This document shows positions 39,610 through 49,427 of a stretch of DNA of 64,000 bases, piece after piece. The DNA comes from Candidatus Iainarchaeum sp. GTDB taxonomy: Archaea > Iainarchaeota > Iainarchaeia > Iainarchaeales > DTGL01. Positions within the stretch are counted from its first letter, which is position 1; each line of letters opens with the position of its first letter. Where the stretch lies: assembly GCA_026413945.1 (NCBI GenBank), contig JAOAJX010000003.1, positions 98,417-162,416 on the forward strand, in the 5' to 3' direction. The position numbers were made by a program, and so were the translations under genes. The notes under the pieces are model-generated. The model did no database searches and was not told the DNA's origin. It saw only the letters and a list, made by a program, of their open reading frames with translations.

Positions 39610-41062
39610 CTTTTTTAGGCCTCAAATACTTCAAAAAGGTCTTGCCAGCTTTTGCAATCCTTGGTATTTCTTTTGGGTTTCTTAAGCCCCTTGCAATCGT
39701 TTTTGCTATAAACTTTGGCCTCATATAGAATTCTCTTCTTCCCTTATCGCACAATTCAACAAGTTCTTCATTGCTCAAACCAGGCCTAGAGACAACACAA
39801 TTATGCTCGCCTGATTCAGAAACCCATTTTGAATAATCTTCTGTTGTCAAGTAACCAGCCTTTTTATAATACTCGTAATCTTCAGTACCTGGGTATACCA
39901 TTATTGGGAAAAATTGTGCAGTATCAGGATCCAGCTTCTTTGCAAATTCTATTGTTTTTCTTATGGTGTCTTTCGTTTCGCCACGATTGCCCAAAATAAA
40001 ACAACCATGCACCAAAAGCCCTGCTTTTTTCGCATCTTGCATGAATTTTCTTATTCCTTGAATAGTAGTCCCTTTGTGTATTTCATTCAATATCTTTTGC
40101 TCTGCGCTTTCTATGCCGACACAAAGAAGCCTACAACCTGCTTTTTTCATTATACTCAAAGTTTCAAAATCAACATCAGTTCTGGCATTACACGACCAAG
40201 TAAAGTCAATGCTTTCCTTAATTATTTTCTCGCAGAACTGCCTTACGCGATATCTGTTAGCAGTAAAAGTATCATCCTCGAAAAATATTTCCCTTGCTTC
40301 TGGAAAGTTTTCTTTTATGTATTTTATCTCATCAATAACGTTTTCTATGCTTCTTGTTCTATAAGCACGGCCATTCATAACTTGAGGGTAAACACAAAAT
40401 GTGCATCTATATGGGCAACCTCTGCCGGAAATTATTGTAACCTCGGGATAAAGGTTTGCGGGGTAAAAATAATTCTTTATGTCAAGATGCTTTTTGTATG
40501 TCTCTGAAACAAATGGAATCTCATCAAGATTTTCGATAAATGGCATGTTTTTATTGTGAATAACTTTGCTTTTCACTGCATATGATAAACCTTTTACTTT
40601 CTTGAGCTCGGGCCTTTTCTTTTCTAATTCGGATGCTAGATCTCGTACAATATAGTCATACTCATGCCTCGCAACTGCATCTATGCTTTGGCTCTGTTTC
40701 AATGTCCACTCAGGCAATGCGCTAACATGAGTGCCAACAAGGCAAATAAAACAGCCGATTTCGTTTTTTAGTTCAGAAGCAACTTTGATATCATTTATTA
40801 TACTGGGTGTGCTAGTGTCTAATATTGCAAGCTCTGGCCCGAACTTTTTTGCAATATTAATAACCTCCTCAATCGTCTTATTTTCAGCCGGCGCATCAAT
40901 TAGCTTTACTTTATGCCCTTCTTTTTCAAGAACGCCTGTTGCATACGCAAGCCATATTGGATAATAAACACAACCTCCTTTGCTTACCGCAGGGCTTCTT
41001 GAGGTTCTTGAAAATTTTGGCTTAAATGGTGGATTGAGCATTAGAACATTCATTCGAACCAC
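39590..41062 (-). CDS. B12-binding radical SAM protein (HpnJ-like)
   Basis: NPP, YYPIWLAYA, RGCPYRCTFC, FEDDTF, GIES. Confidence 0.88.
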   Translation of the reverse strand: MVRMNVLMLNPPFKPKFSRTSRSPAVSKGGCVYYPIWLAYATGVLEKEGHKVKLIDAPAENKTIEEVINIAKKFGPELAILDTSTPSIINDIKVASELKNEIGCFICLVGTHVSALPEWTLKQSQSIDAVARHEYDYIVRDLASELEKKRPELKKVKGLSYAVKSKVIHNKNMPFIENLDEIPFVSETYKKHLDIKNYFYPANLYPEVTIISGRGCPYRCTFCVYPQVMNGRAYRTRSIENVIDEIKYIKENFPEAREIFFEDDTFTANRYRVRQFCEKIIKESIDFTWSCNARTDVDFETLSIMKKAGCRLLCVGIESAEQKILNEIHKGTTIQGIRKFMQDAKKAGLLVHGCFILGNRGETKDTIRKTIEFAKKLDPDTAQFFPIMVYPGTEDYEYYKKAGYLTTEDYSKWVSESGEHNCVVSRPGLSNEELVELCDKGRREFYMRPKFIAKTIARGLRNPKEIPRIAKAGKTFLKYLRPKKAKSSGP

Positions 41063-41157
41063 TCACATATAGTGTTGAGCCCCGTAAATAGTTTTCTCAA
41101 ATAGCTTTTTTTAAATGTTGTTGCCTAAAAGATATTTGTTAGGTATTAGGTGAATTT

Positions 41158-41778
41158 ATGAAAAAACTTTTCTATGACATAATTGCTCTGCTTTATTTTT
41201 TTCTTGTGTTGGGCCTTATAATAACAAATCTTGACCTGTTGATAGCTCTTACAAATTCATAGCCGCTGCCAATGGGCTTCCTAAAATTTGCGGCGTTTGC
41301 AACATTCGGTGAAATGCTCAAAATACGCCTTGCTACAAAAAGATGGAGTTTAAAAGATTGGCATTTAAAGCTAATTGTGTGGGGCTTCTTTGGAATGTGG
41401 TTTGCTATTGTTTTCCCGCTCTTTTATGCTGGTGTCAGAGCCGTTATATCAAAAGGCCTTTGGCCTAACTTTGGTGAGATTTTCATAGCATTTTCAGTAA
41501 GCCTTTGGATGAATTTGTTGGCGCTTTACGCTTGGCCAATGATGCTTCTTCATGAGTATTTCAATAAGGTAATTGAGAAAAGGAGATTTTTTCCATTAGT
41601 TCAGTTTGCAGAAGAGCTTGACAAAAGAGCTTGGTTTGGCACAATACCTTTAACAATAATATTCTTCTGGTTGCCTGCGCACACAATAACATTTATGTTG
41701 CCTGAACATTTCCGTGTGCTTGTGGCTGCGCTGCTATCGGTTGCGCTTGGCTTTTTCCTCACAATAAGAAAGAAATAA
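41158..41778 (+). pseudogene. Mpv17/PMP22-like membrane protein interrupted by in-frame TAG at 41260-41262
   Basis: SD AGGTGA plus ATG 41158 in frame with ORF 41272; GFLKFA..ATFGE, FFWLPAHTITFMLP. Confidence 0.75.
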
Positions 41779-41816
41779 AAGATTAATTCCCAAAACTTTT
41801 ATATCTTCTTGCAGGG

Positions 41817-42992
41817 GTGTTAGCAATAGCAGTTGCCCGATACATGGAAGAGGCGGAAAAGGAAAGCTCATGGATAAGGCGAATGTTTGAGCAAGGACTT
41901 AAGCTAAAGCAAGAATACGGCGCAGAGAATGTTGCTGATTTTTCCATAGGTAACCCTGATCTTGAGCCACCACCAGAGTTCATAGAGGCACTTAAAAAGC
42001 ACGCTTCTGACAAAGGCATACATAGATATATGCCAAATGCCGGATTTGTTGATGTAAGGGCGAAAGTGGCAGCATGGCTAAGAAAGGAATATAAAATTGA
42101 TTTCGGTTATGAGCACGTAACTATGACTATTGGCGCGGCAGGTGCAATGAATATAGTTCTGAAAACAATACTAAACCGTGGCGAAGAGGTTATAATTTTT
42201 GAGCCCTATTTTTGCGAATACAAGTTTTATGTAGAGAATCACTACGGGAAGCCAGTTGTTGTTAAAACTACTGATAACTTTGAGTTTGATTTTGATTCAC
42301 TCAACGAAAAGATAAATAAAAAGACTAGGGCTATTATAGTCAATTCTCCAAATAATCCCACCGGCAAAGTTTATAGTGATAGAGAGCTAAAAAAGCTTTC
42401 AAAGTTCCTTGAAGAGAAGCAAAATGAGCTTGGCTCTACAATTTATGTTCTATCTGATGAACCATACCGGGAGATTGTTTTTGACTGCAAATCGCAAAGC
42501 ATAACTTCTTTTTACAACAACTCTTTTATGGTTTATTCTTGGTCCAAATCATTGGGTGTTGCAGGTGAGCGCATAGGCTATGTTGCAACAAACCCAGAAA
42601 TAGATGATAAGAGGATATTTGAAAAGCTAGCATTCTCCACCAGAATACTCGGCTTTGTAAACGCTCCTGCTTTGCTTCAAAAAGCCGTGGCTGATGTTCT
42701 TGGCATCAAAGTCGATGTAAATATTTATAAAAAGCGCAAGGAAATCATAAGCAAAGGCCTTAGGAAAGCTGGCTATGAGTTTTTTGAACCGCAAGGGACC
42801 TTTTACTTCTTCCCAAAAAGCCCAATTCCTGATGAATTAGAGTTTATAAGGAAAGCATCTGAAAAACTCGTTCTTCTCACACCAGGCATTGGTTTTGGCA
42901 GAAAAGGACATTTCAGGATCTCTTATACTGTGGGCGAAAGAACTATTGAATTGGGTCTTGAGCGAATGCAAGAACTCATAAATGGTGTTTAA
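41817..42992 (+). CDS. Aspartate/aromatic aminotransferase
   Basis: SWIRRMFE, NSPNNPTG, SDEPYRE, SWSK.L...GERIGY. Confidence 0.92.
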   Translation: MLAIAVARYMEEAEKESSWIRRMFEQGLKLKQEYGAENVADFSIGNPDLEPPPEFIEALKKHASDKGIHRYMPNAGFVDVRAKVAAWLRKEYKIDFGYEHVTMTIGAAGAMNIVLKTILNRGEEVIIFEPYFCEYKFYVENHYGKPVVVKTTDNFEFDFDSLNEKINKKTRAIIVNSPNNPTGKVYSDRELKKLSKFLEEKQNELGSTIYVLSDEPYREIVFDCKSQSITSFYNNSFMVYSWSKSLGVAGERIGYVATNPEIDDKRIFEKLAFSTRILGFVNAPALLQKAVADVLGIKVDVNIYKKRKEIISKGLRKAGYEFFEPQGTFYFFPKSPIPDELEFIRKASEKLVLLTPGIGFGRKGHFRISYTVGERTIELGLERMQELINGV

Positions 42993-44550
42993 AATGAAAG
43001 AAATCTTGCTTGGTTGTGAAGCAGTGGCTCTCGGGGCTCTGCATGCTGGCATTTCAGCAGCATTCTCTTATCCAGGCACACCAAGCACTGAAATAATGGA
43101 ATATTTTCTGCAAAAGAAGGAAAAATATTCCATAAATGCAGAATGGTGCTCAAATGAGAAAACAGCTTACGAAGCAGCACTTGGAGTGTCTTTGGCTGGA
43201 AAAAGAGCGATTGTTTCAATGAAGCACGTTGGTCTTAATGTTGCAATGGATCCATTTGTGAATTCGGCAATATCCGGTATCAAAGGCGGTCTCGTAATTG
43301 CAGTTGCCGATGATCCAGGTATGCACTCATCTCAGAACGAACAAGATTCAAGATATTTGGCTGATTTTGCAAAAATTTTTGTTTTTGAGCCTGCAGATGC
43401 ACAAGAAGCATACAATATGACTTTTGAAGCCTTTGAGCTCTCGGAAAGGTTTGGCTTGCCGGTGATGATACGCCTTGTTACACGAGTTTCCCATACAAGG
43501 GAAGCAATTGAAACAAGATCTTTGAAGACGCAGAATAAAATTGACAAAACAATGCCTTGTAAAGAATGGGTACTTTTGCCAACCAATGCACGCAATCAAT
43601 TCAAGAAGCTGTTAGAAAAGCAGAAAGACTTGCTTATAGAATCAGAGAAAAGCGTTTTCAATAAAACATCAAAGAAAAAAAATTCTTGCTGTGCAATCTG
43701 CTCAGGCATTGCTTTTAATTATTTTATGGAAGTTACCAATGGAAGCATTCCTTACTTTAAGCTATCTACCTATCCCATGCCAATAAAAAAAATAAAAAAT
43801 TTTTCAAAGGATTTCAAAAAAATTTATGTTTTTGAAGAAGGTTATCCCTTTGTCGAGGAAAAACTATGTTCTATGCTCCCAGCGAGAAAAATTTTGGGCA
43901 AAATTTCTGGGGCCGTACAAAGAACTGGCGAGCTTAATTGCGAGATAGTTAAAAGTGCACTTGGCAAAAAAATAATTCAAAATTTAAAAGCCTCAATTGA
44001 GTTGCCTCCAAGGCCACCACAGCCATGCGCAGGTTGTCCACATGTCGACCTTTACAAAGCGCTTAATGAAGCGAAAGGCTCTTCTGAAATAATGGTTTTT
44101 GGTGATATTGGCTGCTATACTTTAGGCGCATCTGAGCCTCTTAGGGCAATCGGGAGTTGCATTTGCATGGGCGCTTCTGTCAACAATGCCAGAGGTGCGT
44201 CGATAGCTGGTGCGGCGCCTTCAGTAGCAATAATAGGCGATTCAACTTTTGCGCATAGTGGAATTCCTGCATTGGTGGAGGCGGCTAAACACAACAACAA
44301 TATGGTTTTGATCATACTAGATAATGGCACTGTTGCAATGACCGGCGCACAAGAAACAATGCTATCTGGTAATTCTCTGCTTCAAATAATTCTGGGTGCC
44401 GGAGTTCCGAAAGAGCGTGTAAAATTCATAGAACCATTGCCACAGAACCACGAACTAAATGTATCCATCATAAAAGAAGCTTTAAGCTGCAAAGGATTGA
44501 CCGTCATTATCTCAAAAAGAGCATGCATTCAACTTTTGAAGAGGCGATGA
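42982..44550 (+). CDS. iorA: Indolepyruvate:ferredoxin oxidoreductase alpha subunit (short form)
   Basis: YPGTPSTE, MKHVGLNVA, SSQNEQDSR, C.GCPH, GDIGCY, GDSTF.HSG. Confidence 0.93.
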   Translation: MVFKMKEILLGCEAVALGALHAGISAAFSYPGTPSTEIMEYFLQKKEKYSINAEWCSNEKTAYEAALGVSLAGKRAIVSMKHVGLNVAMDPFVNSAISGIKGGLVIAVADDPGMHSSQNEQDSRYLADFAKIFVFEPADAQEAYNMTFEAFELSERFGLPVMIRLVTRVSHTREAIETRSLKTQNKIDKTMPCKEWVLLPTNARNQFKKLLEKQKDLLIESEKSVFNKTSKKKNSCCAICSGIAFNYFMEVTNGSIPYFKLSTYPMPIKKIKNFSKDFKKIYVFEEGYPFVEEKLCSMLPARKILGKISGAVQRTGELNCEIVKSALGKKIIQNLKASIELPPRPPQPCAGCPHVDLYKALNEAKGSSEIMVFGDIGCYTLGASEPLRAIGSCICMGASVNNARGASIAGAAPSVAIIGDSTFAHSGIPALVEAAKHNNNMVLIILDNGTVAMTGAQETMLSGNSLLQIILGAGVPKERVKFIEPLPQNHELNVSIIKEALSCKGLTVIISKRACIQLLKRR

Positions 44551-44551
44551 A

Positions 44552-45109
44552 TTGGAAAAGAACATCATCATTTGTGGGGTTGGTGGACAAGGGATTTTAA
44601 CAATAGCAAGAATAATTGTTTCAGCTGCACAAAAGGAAGGTCTCTCGTTCAAGCAAGCAGAGATACATGGCATGAGTCAGCGTGGAGGCGCCGTTTATGT
44701 ACACCTGCGCATTTCTAAAGGTAAAATTTATTCCCCAATAATTCCTGAAGGTTACGCTGATCTTATCCTTTCAATGGAACCGCTCGAAGCTCTCAGGTAT
44801 TTAAAATATTTGAAGAAGAATGGCAAAATTATATCTTCAATTTGGAAGTTGCCTAATATTTCTTATGACGAAAAAGTCGTTGTTTCAGAATTGAAGCGCC
44901 TTAAGGCAATTTTAGTTGATTTAAAAGGAATAGCGCAAAAGACAGGCAACCCATTGGCTGAAAATATGGCATTGCTTGGCTCTGCAAGCAGTTATCTTGG
45001 TCTAAAAGAGGAAAATCTTAAAGACTGCATACGCGAAACTTTTATATCGAAAGCAACCCTGATGGAATCTAATCTGAAAGCATTTGAGCTTGGCAATAAA
45101 AGTACTTAA
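44552..45109 (+). CDS. iorB: Indolepyruvate:ferredoxin oxidoreductase beta subunit
   Basis: GVGGQG, EIHGMSQRGG, EPLEALR. Confidence 0.93.
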   Translation: MEKNIIICGVGGQGILTIARIIVSAAQKEGLSFKQAEIHGMSQRGGAVYVHLRISKGKIYSPIIPEGYADLILSMEPLEALRYLKYLKKNGKIISSIWKLPNISYDEKVVVSELKRLKAILVDLKGIAQKTGNPLAENMALLGSASSYLGLKEENLKDCIRETFISKATLMESNLKAFELGNKST

Positions 45110-45110
45110 T

Positions 45111-46433
45111 TTAGATTTTCCTCTTGTCGATAACCCTTTTTGCTTTTCCTTCGCTTCTTGGCAGGGAGTTTGGCGCCAAAAGAGTAACGTCTGCCTTTAT
45201 TTGCAAAACCGACTGAAGCTTGTCAGAGAGTTTTTTTCTGAGCTCAGTTTCAATGCTGTCTCTATTTGCATACGCTTCTTTGCTCATTTCAACTTGAACT
45301 TCCATTGTATCTAGGTTATCCCTTCTATCTACTATTATTTGGTAGTAAGGTTCAAGACCTGCAATCTCAAGAGCAACGGACTCTATCTGCGATGGAAAGA
45401 CATTTACACCGCGAATCTTTAACATATCATCTGAACGTCCACTAATACGCGCTATCCTTGGGTGTGTTCTGCCGCAAGAACATTTTTCTGTGTATAATAC
45501 TGATAAGTCTCTTGTCCTATATCTTAATACAGGAAAGCCCTCTTTTGTAACTGTTGTAAAGACAAGCTCGCCTTTTTCTCCAGGTGCAACTGGTTCTAGA
45601 GTTTCTGGGTCGATAACTTCTACTATATAGTGGTCGTCATAAACATGCAACCCAGATTTCTCTTCACATTCCGCAGCAACACCAGGCCCTATTATTTCTG
45701 TAAGGCCATACATATCAAAAGCATTCAAGTGCAGTCTTTCTTGAATTTCTAAACGCATCTTTTCGCTCCATGGCTCTGCGCCAAAAAAGCCAACCCTAAG
45801 CTTAAGCTTTGAAAAGTCAACACCCAAACGGTTCATTTCATCCGCAATGTAAAGCGCATAGCTTGGCGTGCAGCAAAGCACAGTGGTGCCAAAATCTTGC
45901 ATTAGCATTATTTGTCTCTCAGTGTTACCTGTTGCGGTTGGCACTACGGTAGCTCCAATCTTTATAGCGCCGTAATGAAATCCTAAACCACCAGTAAAGA
46001 GGCCATAGCCATAAGCGTTTTGAACAATATCTTTTGCTGTAACTCCGGCAGAAGTGTATGCCCTTGCCATTGTTTCGCTCCAAACATTCTCAAGGTCATT
46101 TTTTGTGTAGCCTACAACTATGGGTTTGCCAGTTGTTCCTGAAGAAGCATGTATTTCAACAATATCTTTCATCGGCACGGCAAACATTCCGAATGGATAA
46201 GTGTCCCTCAAATCAGTTTTTACAGTGAATGGAATCTTTGTTATATCCCTTAGTGTTTTTATATCTGCTGGCTTAAAGCCAGCTTCTTTAAAGCGCTTCT
46301 TGTAAAAATCTAACTTTGCGCATCTTGCAACCACGCTTTTAAGCCTTTTCAGCTGAAGCTTCTCGCGCTCTTTAACTTTCATTGTTTCCATTTTTTTATT
46401 CCAATACAACACAACACCCCCGAGTAAGGACAT
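45111..46433 (-). CDS. paaK: Phenylacetate-CoA ligase
   Basis: HASSGTTGKP, YGYGLFTGGLG, YGLTE, GRSDDM..IRGVNVFP; start may be GTG near 46412. Confidence 0.93.
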   Translation of the reverse strand: MSLLGGVVLYWNKKMETMKVKEREKLQLKRLKSVVARCAKLDFYKKRFKEAGFKPADIKTLRDITKIPFTVKTDLRDTYPFGMFAVPMKDIVEIHASSGTTGKPIVVGYTKNDLENVWSETMARAYTSAGVTAKDIVQNAYGYGLFTGGLGFHYGAIKIGATVVPTATGNTERQIMLMQDFGTTVLCCTPSYALYIADEMNRLGVDFSKLKLRVGFFGAEPWSEKMRLEIQERLHLNAFDMYGLTEIIGPGVAAECEEKSGLHVYDDHYIVEVIDPETLEPVAPGEKGELVFTTVTKEGFPVLRYRTRDLSVLYTEKCSCGRTHPRIARISGRSDDMLKIRGVNVFPSQIESVALEIAGLEPYYQIIVDRRDNLDTMEVQVEMSKEAYANRDSIETELRKKLSDKLQSVLQIKADVTLLAPNSLPRSEGKAKRVIDKRKI

Positions 46434-46464
46434 TCTTTAAAATTTTTAAAATCATAAAGCTTTA

Positions 46465-46881
46465 CTAACCTATGACCTGAACGATAATCTCCCTTTTTCT
46501 CGGTTCCCTGTCAAAATCCAGCAACACTATTTGCTGCCATGTTCCCAAAAGCAGCTTCTTTTTATGAAATGGCACAGAGAGCGATGGGCCCAAGATTGTT
46601 GCGAGAATGTGTGATGCCCCATTCCTGTCATTCCATGTTTTGTGATGCTCCCAATCCTTTTCAAGTGGTGCGATTTTTTTGAGAACTTCTGGCAGATCTT
46701 TCAAAAGGCCAGGTTCAAATTCCATTGTAGAAATGCTTGCTGTTGAACCAGGAACAAAAACTGCTGCAATACCATTTTCAATCTTTGATTCTGCAACGGC
46801 ATTTTCAATCTCTTTGGTTATATCCATTATGCAAATGTCACCTTTAGTCTCTACAAAAAATCTTGCGGTGTGTGAAGCCAT
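46465..46881 (-). CDS. YjbQ/UPF0047 family protein
   Basis: PGSTA, NGASH, LLLGTWQQIVL.DFD. Confidence 0.92.
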   Translation of the reverse strand: MASHTARFFVETKGDICIMDITKEIENAVAESKIENGIAAVFVPGSTASISTMEFEPGLLKDLPEVLKKIAPLEKDWEHHKTWNDRNGASHILATILGPSLSVPFHKKKLLLGTWQQIVLLDFDREPRKREIIVQVIG

Positions 46882-46930
46882 TTTAACCAGCCTTATGCTT
46901 ATGCAGAAACTTACTAAATCTGATAAGCCA

Positions 46931-47188
46931 CTATTTTTCTATTATCCTGTAAACTTCGCAGCCTTCGTGCGCTGGTTGGTCAAGTTTTAGGCCTATTTCC
47001 TGCCCTTTTTTAGCCAAATCAATGTTCTTGTGCTCAATCTGCATGCTCTGCACAATTTGCTCAAATTCAATTCCTTTGCCCTTAACCTTTATTTTATCCC
47101 CTTTTTTTAGAGGTCCAACAAGCTTTATCACTGCTACATTTATTTTGCCAAAGATATGCGTTATTTTACCAACAAGCTCTTCAGGCAA
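46931..47188 (-). CDS. Translation elongation factor-like small beta-barrel protein
   Basis: VGKITH.F.KINVA, V.SMQIEH..I..A.KGQEIGLK. Confidence 0.8.
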   Translation of the reverse strand: MPEELVGKITHIFGKINVAVIKLVGPLKKGDKIKVKGKGIEFEQIVQSMQIEHKNIDLAKKGQEIGLKLDQPAHEGCEVYRIIEK

Positions 47189-47279
47189 ATGCCCACCCCC
47201 ATACTATTACAGAGGATAATCCTTTAAAGCATTAAAGAGCCTTGCTTTACAAGGCCTTGCGCTTCCAAATTGCTTTTAT

Positions 47280-47534
47280 TCAGCTTCCCTTTGCTTTCTG
47301 TGCTACTCTGCCAATCCAGATTGTTACAACCACGGCAATTATAGTAACAATAATGGGATAGGCCCATTTTCCTACGGACTGCAGAAAGTAAAGTTCACCA
47401 TTTGGTTTAAATAATCCGCTTATTGTATCGTTCCAAGCAAGCGCCGCAATTAGCCCAAAAGCAGCCGTCATCAAAGCAGATATCTTTTCAATTACTTCTG
47501 CTTTTGTTTTATTGATCTCTTCTTTTGCTGCCAA
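47280..47534 (-). CDS. DUF5654-like small membrane protein
   Basis: TAAFGLIAALAWNDTI motif. Confidence 0.8.
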   Translation of the reverse strand: MAAKEEINKTKAEVIEKISALMTAAFGLIAALAWNDTISGLFKPNGELYFLQSVGKWAYPIIVTIIAVVVTIWIGRVAQKAKGS

Positions 47535-47600
47535 TTAACCACCCCATTATAACTTTTGAAACGGAAATATTAAAAGTATATTTTTGGCCTAATTTTATTG

Positions 47601-48515
47601 CTATATCAGAAGCTTCCTAAACCTTATGCTTGCAGTCAACCTTGCAAACTTTAATGCAATAACCCAGCAAATGCCAAGAAATATTATTGCTAAAGCATGC
47701 AAAGGAGTTTTATTTTCAATAAATACAAGGCCTCTTGGTGAACTCAACTCAAGCCTTCCACCATGTTTCCAAAGCCCTGTAGCAACTTTGAAGTCAAATA
47801 AAGGGCTTACAATAAAACCAAACTTTATATGTAAAAATTTTCTTGTAAGTTCATTAGGGTGTTTTTTGTAGAGCAGAACGTCATTGCCGTGCAGCTTTAA
47901 TCTTTTGTAACCATATCTTAAAAGGCCAATCAATCCCTTTGGCTTTTCTTCCTTGTGATCATGCAAAAAATTTGCCTTTACAAGTTTGAATTCGTAGCCA
48001 AGCTCCATTATTTTGAAGCTTAGGTCAGTATCTTCTCTGTGGAACCTATACTCCTCATCATATCCTCCAACTTTAAGCACCAAATCCTTGCGGAAAGCAG
48101 TGCTTGTTCCACCATAATAACCATAGCTTGAGACAATGCCGATTTTTTCATCTGTAAATCCGCTAACAAGATCTGTAAGCCAGCTTTTGTTTGGTATGCA
48201 ATCATCATCCATTACTACAACAATCTCATATTTTGCTGCTTTAATGCCAGCATTTCTTGCTCTGCAAACGCCTTGGTTTTTATCGAAATTTATTATAGTG
48301 ATTTTATTATTGCCAAGGAACTCATTTTTTAGCATTTCTTTTGTTTCATCTTTGCTGCCATCATTTACAACTATTATTTCATATTTTGCTGGATAGTACA
48401 AATCTAGCATTGCTCGAAGGGTTTTTCTTAAAGTGTGCGCCCTATTATGTGTTGCTACTATTATGCTTGCATTTAGCATCTTTTCATCGGTTTTTTTTCT
48501 TTTCATCACACTCAT
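47601..48515 (-). CDS. GT2 glycosyltransferase
   Basis: VNDGSKD, MDDD, GGYDE, EDTDL. Confidence 0.92.
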   Translation of the reverse strand: MSVMKRKKTDEKMLNASIIVATHNRAHTLRKTLRAMLDLYYPAKYEIIVVNDGSKDETKEMLKNEFLGNNKITIINFDKNQGVCRARNAGIKAAKYEIVVVMDDDCIPNKSWLTDLVSGFTDEKIGIVSSYGYYGGTSTAFRKDLVLKVGGYDEEYRFHREDTDLSFKIMELGYEFKLVKANFLHDHKEEKPKGLIGLLRYGYKRLKLHGNDVLLYKKHPNELTRKFLHIKFGFIVSPLFDFKVATGLWKHGGRLELSSPRGLVFIENKTPLHALAIIFLGICWVIALKFARLTASIRFRKLLI

Positions 48516-48981
48516 CTAAGAATTTTTTTATTCTTGCAATTAGTCTTTGTCTGCTGCTTTGCATTTTAGAGCATGTTTTTTTTGCATTCAACAATGCTTC
48601 GCATAGGTTTTCCATATCGCAAACTACTTTTGCTTTGTTCATCCTCTCAAGAGCGTTCGCAATATCAAGTTGGTGATCATCAGTGTGCTCATCATATTTT
48701 TTAAGTCTCGGCACAATTATAAGTGGCTTTTTGTTTGCCAATGCACTTATTATTGAGCCTGCGCCAGAATGCGAAACAACAACATCAGCTTTCTTTATCT
48801 CTTCTTCATACTGCTCTGGACTCAGAAATTTTTTGAATTTGCAATGTTTAGGCACGTATGTAGAATTTCCAGTTTGTACAAAAAACTCTATGTTTTTTTG
48901 GCTTTCAGCGATTTCATCAACTGCTCTTATAAGCCTGTTGAATGGTTTCTCATGTGTCCCAACTGCAACAAAAACCCTCAT
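48484..48981 (-). CDS. Alg13/PssE-like GT28 C-terminal (nucleotide-sugar binding) subunit
   Basis: VAVGT...FNRL, SHSGAGS, VPR....EH.DDHQ. Confidence 0.9.
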   Translation of the reverse strand: MRVFVAVGTHEKPFNRLIRAVDEIAESQKNIEFFVQTGNSTYVPKHCKFKKFLSPEQYEEEIKKADVVVSHSGAGSIISALANKKPLIIVPRLKKYDEHTDDHQLDIANALERMNKAKVVCDMENLCEALLNAKKTCSKMQSSRQRLIARIKKFLDECDEKKKNR

Positions 48982-49427
48982 TAGAAGACACTCCCCGCAT
49001 ATTCGGCTTTTGGAAATGCGCCCTTATTTTCGGGCCACTGCACAAAGAATAGATCCGCAAACTTATACATTATCTTAGCGCTTAAGCTTGCATCACTAAT
49101 TCTGCAAAATGATTCTATAAAAATCACTTTCTTCAGGAAAAGCTTTGCAAGTATGCATAGTGGCACGGCAGTGTCAGCTCCAGTGCTTATTACAATATCT
49201 GGCTTCTCTTTTGCAAGTATATAAAGTGCTTGAATTGTGTTTACTATGAGCTTAATAGGATTTCTTCTCGGGCAAACCACAAAATAAACCTTTTGTTTTT
49301 TATTGAGTGCAACGGAATTTGTGCGCACATCGGAAACATAAAAATGAGGATATTTCCTCCAAGCTTCTTTTAACTGCAAAAGCTCTGTTAAATGGCCCCC
49401 GCCAGATGCTGCAAGACAAACTTTCAT
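48981..49427 (-). CDS. Alg14/PssD-like glycosyltransferase subunit
   Basis: SGGGHLTEL, STGA, FIESF, FFVQWP. Confidence 0.9.
   Translation of the reverse strand: MKVCLAASGGGHLTELLQLKEAWRKYPHFYVSDVRTNSVALNKKQKVYFVVCPRRNPIKLIVNTIQALYILAKEKPDIVISTGADTAVPLCILAKLFLKKVIFIESFCRISDASLSAKIMYKFADLFFVQWPENKGAFPKAEYAGSVF

Noticed and set aside
47239-47255. GCCTTG-N5-CAAGGC hairpin
   Set aside because: Short stem compatible with chance or a simple terminator.
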